In this document: piece by piece, positions 61,116 to 64,000 of the stretch
Layout of the letters: the number at the start of each line of letters is the position of its first letter
How positions within the stretch are numbered: the stretch's first letter is position 1
The notes under the pieces: model-generated
Told to the model about the DNA's origin: nothing
What the model saw: only the letters and a program-made list of their open reading frames with translations
Databases searched by the model: none
Translations under genes and position numbers: made by a program
Assembly (NCBI GenBank): GCA_965238035.1
Contig: OZ250163.1
Span: forward strand, 1,711,575 to 1,775,574
Source of the DNA: Phototrophicaceae bacterium
Lineage (GTDB): Bacteria; Chloroflexota; Anaerolineae; Aggregatilineales; Phototrophicaceae
Direction of reading: 5' to 3'
Length of the DNA stretch: 64,000 nt

Positions 61116-62924
61116 TCAAGCCCGCGGGAAAGGTCGTCGCTGCAGGAGCACGGCCAGTACGAAGCGCGGCAGGCGCAACATCCGGCGCAGGCGCCAGGGT
61201 TGCAGGGCAAGGCGGAAGAGCCACTCGAGGCCGTGACGCTGCAGCCAGCGCGGCGCGCGCGGCACATCGCCGGCCACGAAGTCGAAGGCGCCGCCCACGC
61301 CCATGGCCAGCCCCACGCGCAAACGCGGCAGGTTGCGCGCGATCCATTTCTCCTGGCGCGGCGCGCCCCAGGCCACGAAGAGCAGGTCCGTCTGGCTGGC
61401 GTTGATGCGCGCCACGATGTCGTCCTCTTCCCCGGCAGTGGGGTTGCCGCTGTGTGTGCCGGCGATCTGGAGGCCGGGGAAACGCGCGCGCAGGGCCGCT
61501 GCCGCCCGCTCCGCCACGCCCGGCGCCGCGCCCAGCAGGAACAGGCGCCAGCCGTGCCGGACGGCCCGCTGCGCCAGCAGGGGCAGCCCGTCCGCACCAG
61601 TGATGCGGGCGGGCAGCGCAGCGCCCTGATGGCGCGCCGCCCAGAGCAGCCCGGCGCCATCGGCCACGCAGAGGTCGGCGCGCTGCAGGATGTGGCGAAA
61701 GTTAGGGTCCTTGCGCGCCATCATGATGAATTCGGGGTTGAGCGTGCAGATGTGATACGCCCGGCGCGGCTGTGACGTCAACCAGCGCTCGGCCAGCGCC
61801 AGCCACTGCGCCGTGGTGAGCCCGTCGACCGGCAGGCCGAGGATGTGGATGCGGCCTGGCTGGCGCGGCCCGGGCGATGCCGTGACAGGCGGCGGCGACT
61901 CGCCGCGCAGCAGCGCGCGCGCCGCCAGGACCACCTGCTGCGGCGTGACCATGCGCATGCAGGTGCGGGCCGCGCAGCCCCTGGGCAGGCCCATGCTGTG
62001 GCCGACGTAACTGCAGGGGCTGCATTCCGGCGCGCTGCGCAGCACCAGGCTGCGGCCGCCGGGCGTCCAGGGGCCCCAGGCGGCGGGATTGCCCGGCCCC
62101 ATGATGGCCAGCACCGGGGCGCCGGCGGCGGCCGCCAGATGCATCACGCCGCTTTCCGCGCCGATGAAAAGCGCCGCCCCGGCCAGCAACTGCGCCAGCT
62201 GCGGCAACGTGGTCTGCCCCGTCAGATCCAGAGCCGAGCTGCGCATGGCCGCGCGAACAGTTGCGCCCTCGTCGTCGGGACTGCCGACGATCACGATTTG
62301 CGCGCCCGTCTCCGCCCGCAGCTGGTCGGCAACCTGCGCGAAATGCTGCGGCGACCAGCGCCGGGCCGGGTTGTGCGGGCCGCTGCCCGCGTGCAGCACG
62401 ATGTTGCGACCAGGAGGCAGGGGTTGCGCCAGGGCGGCGCGCGCCACCACCGCCGGTCTGGGGCGTGGGTCAGCGCCCGCAAGGCCCGCCAGCTGCAGCC
62501 AGTATTCCGCCTGGTGCATGGCGCCGAAACCGGCGTCGGCCAGGGTCTCGTTGAGGAACCAGGCGTTGCCGTTGTCGAGGCCAATACGCCGCGCCGCGCG
62601 CGTGACCATGGCGATGAGCGCGAACCTGGCTGTGCCACGCAGCAGGGTGAAATGGTGAAAGTAGAGCACGAGATCGTGGTGGCCGAGGCCGAGGATATGC
62701 CGCAGGTTGCGCGGCTGCAGGAAGGCGAAGGGCTGGCTCCCGCTGGCCCGCTCGAGCGTCACGATCTCGTCTACCAGGCCGCTGCCGGCAACGAGCGGGG
62801 CGGCGTGGCTGTTGGTGAGCAGGGTGAGGTGAGCCGCGGGCAGCGCGTTGCGCAGGGCGGCCAGCGCCGGGGTCGTCAACACCAGGTCGCCCACGTCGGC
62901 CAGCTGCACCAGCAGGATGCGCAT
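61116..62924 (-). CDS. Fusion protein: GT9 (heptosyltransferase-like) N-terminal domain plus WecG/TagA/CpsF (GT26) C-terminal domain
   Basis: 602 aa. The N-terminus MRILLVQLADVGDLVLTTPALAALR and GAESGVMHLAAAAGAPV are GT9-like. The C-terminus CTLNPEFIMMARKD, LCVADGAGLLWAAR, LLGAAPGVAERAA and VAWGAPRQEKWIA is GT26-like. Confidence 0.8.
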   Translation of the reverse strand: MRILLVQLADVGDLVLTTPALAALRNALPAAHLTLLTNSHAAPLVAGSGLVDEIVTLERASGSQPFAFLQPRNLRHILGLGHHDLVLYFHHFTLLRGTARFALIAMVTRAARRIGLDNGNAWFLNETLADAGFGAMHQAEYWLQLAGLAGADPRPRPAVVARAALAQPLPPGRNIVLHAGSGPHNPARRWSPQHFAQVADQLRAETGAQIVIVGSPDDEGATVRAAMRSSALDLTGQTTLPQLAQLLAGAALFIGAESGVMHLAAAAGAPVLAIMGPGNPAAWGPWTPGGRSLVLRSAPECSPCSYVGHSMGLPRGCAARTCMRMVTPQQVVLAARALLRGESPPPVTASPGPRQPGRIHILGLPVDGLTTAQWLALAERWLTSQPRRAYHICTLNPEFIMMARKDPNFRHILQRADLCVADGAGLLWAARHQGAALPARITGADGLPLLAQRAVRHGWRLFLLGAAPGVAERAAAALRARFPGLQIAGTHSGNPTAGEEDDIVARINASQTDLLFVAWGAPRQEKWIARNLPRLRVGLAMGVGGAFDFVAGDVPRAPRWLQRHGLEWLFRLALQPWRLRRMLRLPRFVLAVLLQRRPFPRA

Positions 62925-64000
62925 CAGGCTACGCCCGCCGTGGCGTCCCGCAGCGCGCCGAGCGTTGCACGCGCCGCGCGCTCCCAGGTGAATTCGTCCG
63001 CCCGGGCATGTCCGTCGCGAATGAGCCGCTGGCGCAGCGCTTCGTCCGCAAGCAGGTGGGTCATCTGCCGCGCGAGGTCGGCCTCGTCCGTCGGGTCGAC
63101 CAGCAGGGCGGCGTCTCCGGCCAGCTCCGGCAAGCTGGAGGTGCGGCTGGTGATGACCGGCGTACCGCAGTGCATGGCTTCCAGCACGGGGAAGCCGAAG
63201 CCCTCATGAAGCGAGGGGAAGAGCAGCGCCAACGCGCCGGCGTAGAGCGCGCCGCGGTCCTCGTCAGCGACGTAGCCGGGCAGGTGCAGGCCCCCTTGCT
63301 GCGCGAAGTCACGCGCGTCGAAGAGCCAGCCGCGTCCACCGGCCAGCACGAGGCCGGCCTCGTCATGCGGGTTGGCTGCGCGCCAACGCTGCCAGGCGGC
63401 GACGATGAGCGGCAAATTCTTGCGCGGCTGCAAGGTGCCGAGAAAGAGGAAGTAGCGTTGCGGCAGGTTGTACTTGCGGCGCAGGGCCGCCAGCTCACCG
63501 ATTGCAAGGCGCGTCACGCCGGGGTAGACCACGCGCAGCTTCTCCGGCGCGATGCGATAGAAGCGTTGCAGATCGGCGGCGGTGGCGTGGCTGTCGGCCA
63601 GCACGAGGGTCGCGCGCCGGGCGCTGTGGCGGGTCGTCAGCTGCAGGTAGCGGCGCGCTAGGGGCGGATGCGCAGCGGGGAAGTGGTGAAAGCCGAGGTC
63701 GTGCACGGTGACCACAGCCGGGCCGCGCAGCAGTAGCGGCAGCGTATGCGCCGGCACGAAGCTCACGTCCGGACGCAGCGCCTGCAGCGCCGCGGCCAGG
63801 CGCAGATGCGTCCACAAACGCGGCAGGGGGATGACGTGTTGCTGCACGCCCGGCCCGCTGAACAGCCCCGCCGGCGGCGCGTCGCGGAAGAAGAGGTGGA
63901 ACTCATGGCCGGCGCCGACCCGCAGCAGCGCACGGATGAGCTCGCGGCTGTAATGTTCGGTGCCGGTGGCGCGCGCGACGGTGGCGCGGCTGGCGTCGAT
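62924..64000 (-). CDS. Glycosyltransferase family 4 (5' end runs off the window)
   Basis: The frame stays open from 63847 to the window edge (IDASRATVARATGTEHYSRELIRALL...). The GT4 C-terminal motif is EGFGFPVLEAMHCGTPVITS. Its stop overlaps the fusion-gene start by 1 nt. Confidence 0.8.
   Translation of the reverse strand: MDASRATVARATGTEHYSRELIRALLRVGAGHEFHLFFRDAPPAGLFSGPGVQQHVIPLPRLWTHLRLAAALQALRPDVSFVPAHTLPLLLRGPAVVTVHDLGFHHFPAAHPPLARRYLQLTTRHSARRATLVLADSHATAADLQRFYRIAPEKLRVVYPGVTRLAIGELAALRRKYNLPQRYFLFLGTLQPRKNLPLIVAAWQRWRAANPHDEAGLVLAGGRGWLFDARDFAQQGGLHLPGYVADEDRGALYAGALALLFPSLHEGFGFPVLEAMHCGTPVITSRTSSLPELAGDAALLVDPTDEADLARQMTHLLADEALRQRLIRDGHARADEFTWERAARATLGALRDATAGVA

Noticed and set aside
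1-64000. A whole-window scan by eye for tRNA, rRNA, CRISPR arrays, transposases, integrases, reverse transcriptases, toxin-antitoxin pairs and known defence genes.
   Set aside because: None was recognised. The intergenic space is small. The only repeats found are the three palindromic elements, the promoter and 5'-end duplication and the DinB tandem pair. tRNAscan, Infernal and a defence-system finder would be the decisive checks.

Overview
The window is a very GC-rich (roughly two-thirds G+C by eye), densely coding stretch of bacterial chromosome. I support about 60 protein genes and recognise no rRNA, tRNA, CRISPR array, transposase or integrase by eye.

Content:
- Housekeeping genes: rho, efp, gatA, rny, recX, a cyclophilin PPIase and a TsaA/TrmO-like methyltransferase.
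- A sugar ABC transporter operon.
- A caa3-type cytochrome c oxidase operon with an unusual layout.
- Many envelope glycan and lipid genes: GT4, GT9, GT26 and GT39 glycosyltransferases, a Wzx-like flippase, LCP, MGDG synthase, a nucleotide-sugar dehydrogenase, a nucleotidyltransferase, a heptose-7-P kinase-like PfkB, an acyltransferase and several NAD-dependent epimerase-like proteins.
- An FHA / HTH-membrane / PP2C-like signalling cluster.

The gene mix (RNase Y with Rho, LCP, MGDG synthase, GT39, caa3 oxidase) plus the GEGLGVR-type palindromic repeats suggests a Chloroflexota-like organism. That is only a guess.

Because of the GC content, almost every real gene is shadowed by long Arg/Ala/Gly/Pro-rich antisense or off-frame ORFs. 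I rejected these. Several track ORFs begin at GTG or TTG and are over-extended at the 5' end, so I trimmed their starts using ATGA overlaps and Shine-Dalgarno spacing.

Most noteworthy observations:
1. A low-GC islet of about 2.2 kb (54540-56700). It carries a stand-alone proteasome-beta/HslV-like Thr-protease with no propeptide, an SD-coupled 61-codon Lys/Pro-rich ORF and a PhyH-type dioxygenase. It is bracketed by a diverged duplication of the promoter and first codons of the neighbouring nucleotidyltransferase gene.
2. Three copies of a modular nested-palindrome intergenic element, with a compensatory stem substitution between copies.
3. A cox operon with two subunit-III paralogs flanking an unknown 406-aa polytopic His-rich-loop protein.
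4. An HD-domain gene broken by a 2-nt shift in a CG run.
5. A MutS-related ATPase co-oriented 5 nt upstream of glycan genes.
6. A GT9-GT26 fusion in a heptose-type glycan cluster.

All family assignments come from motif recognition by eye. No searches were run.
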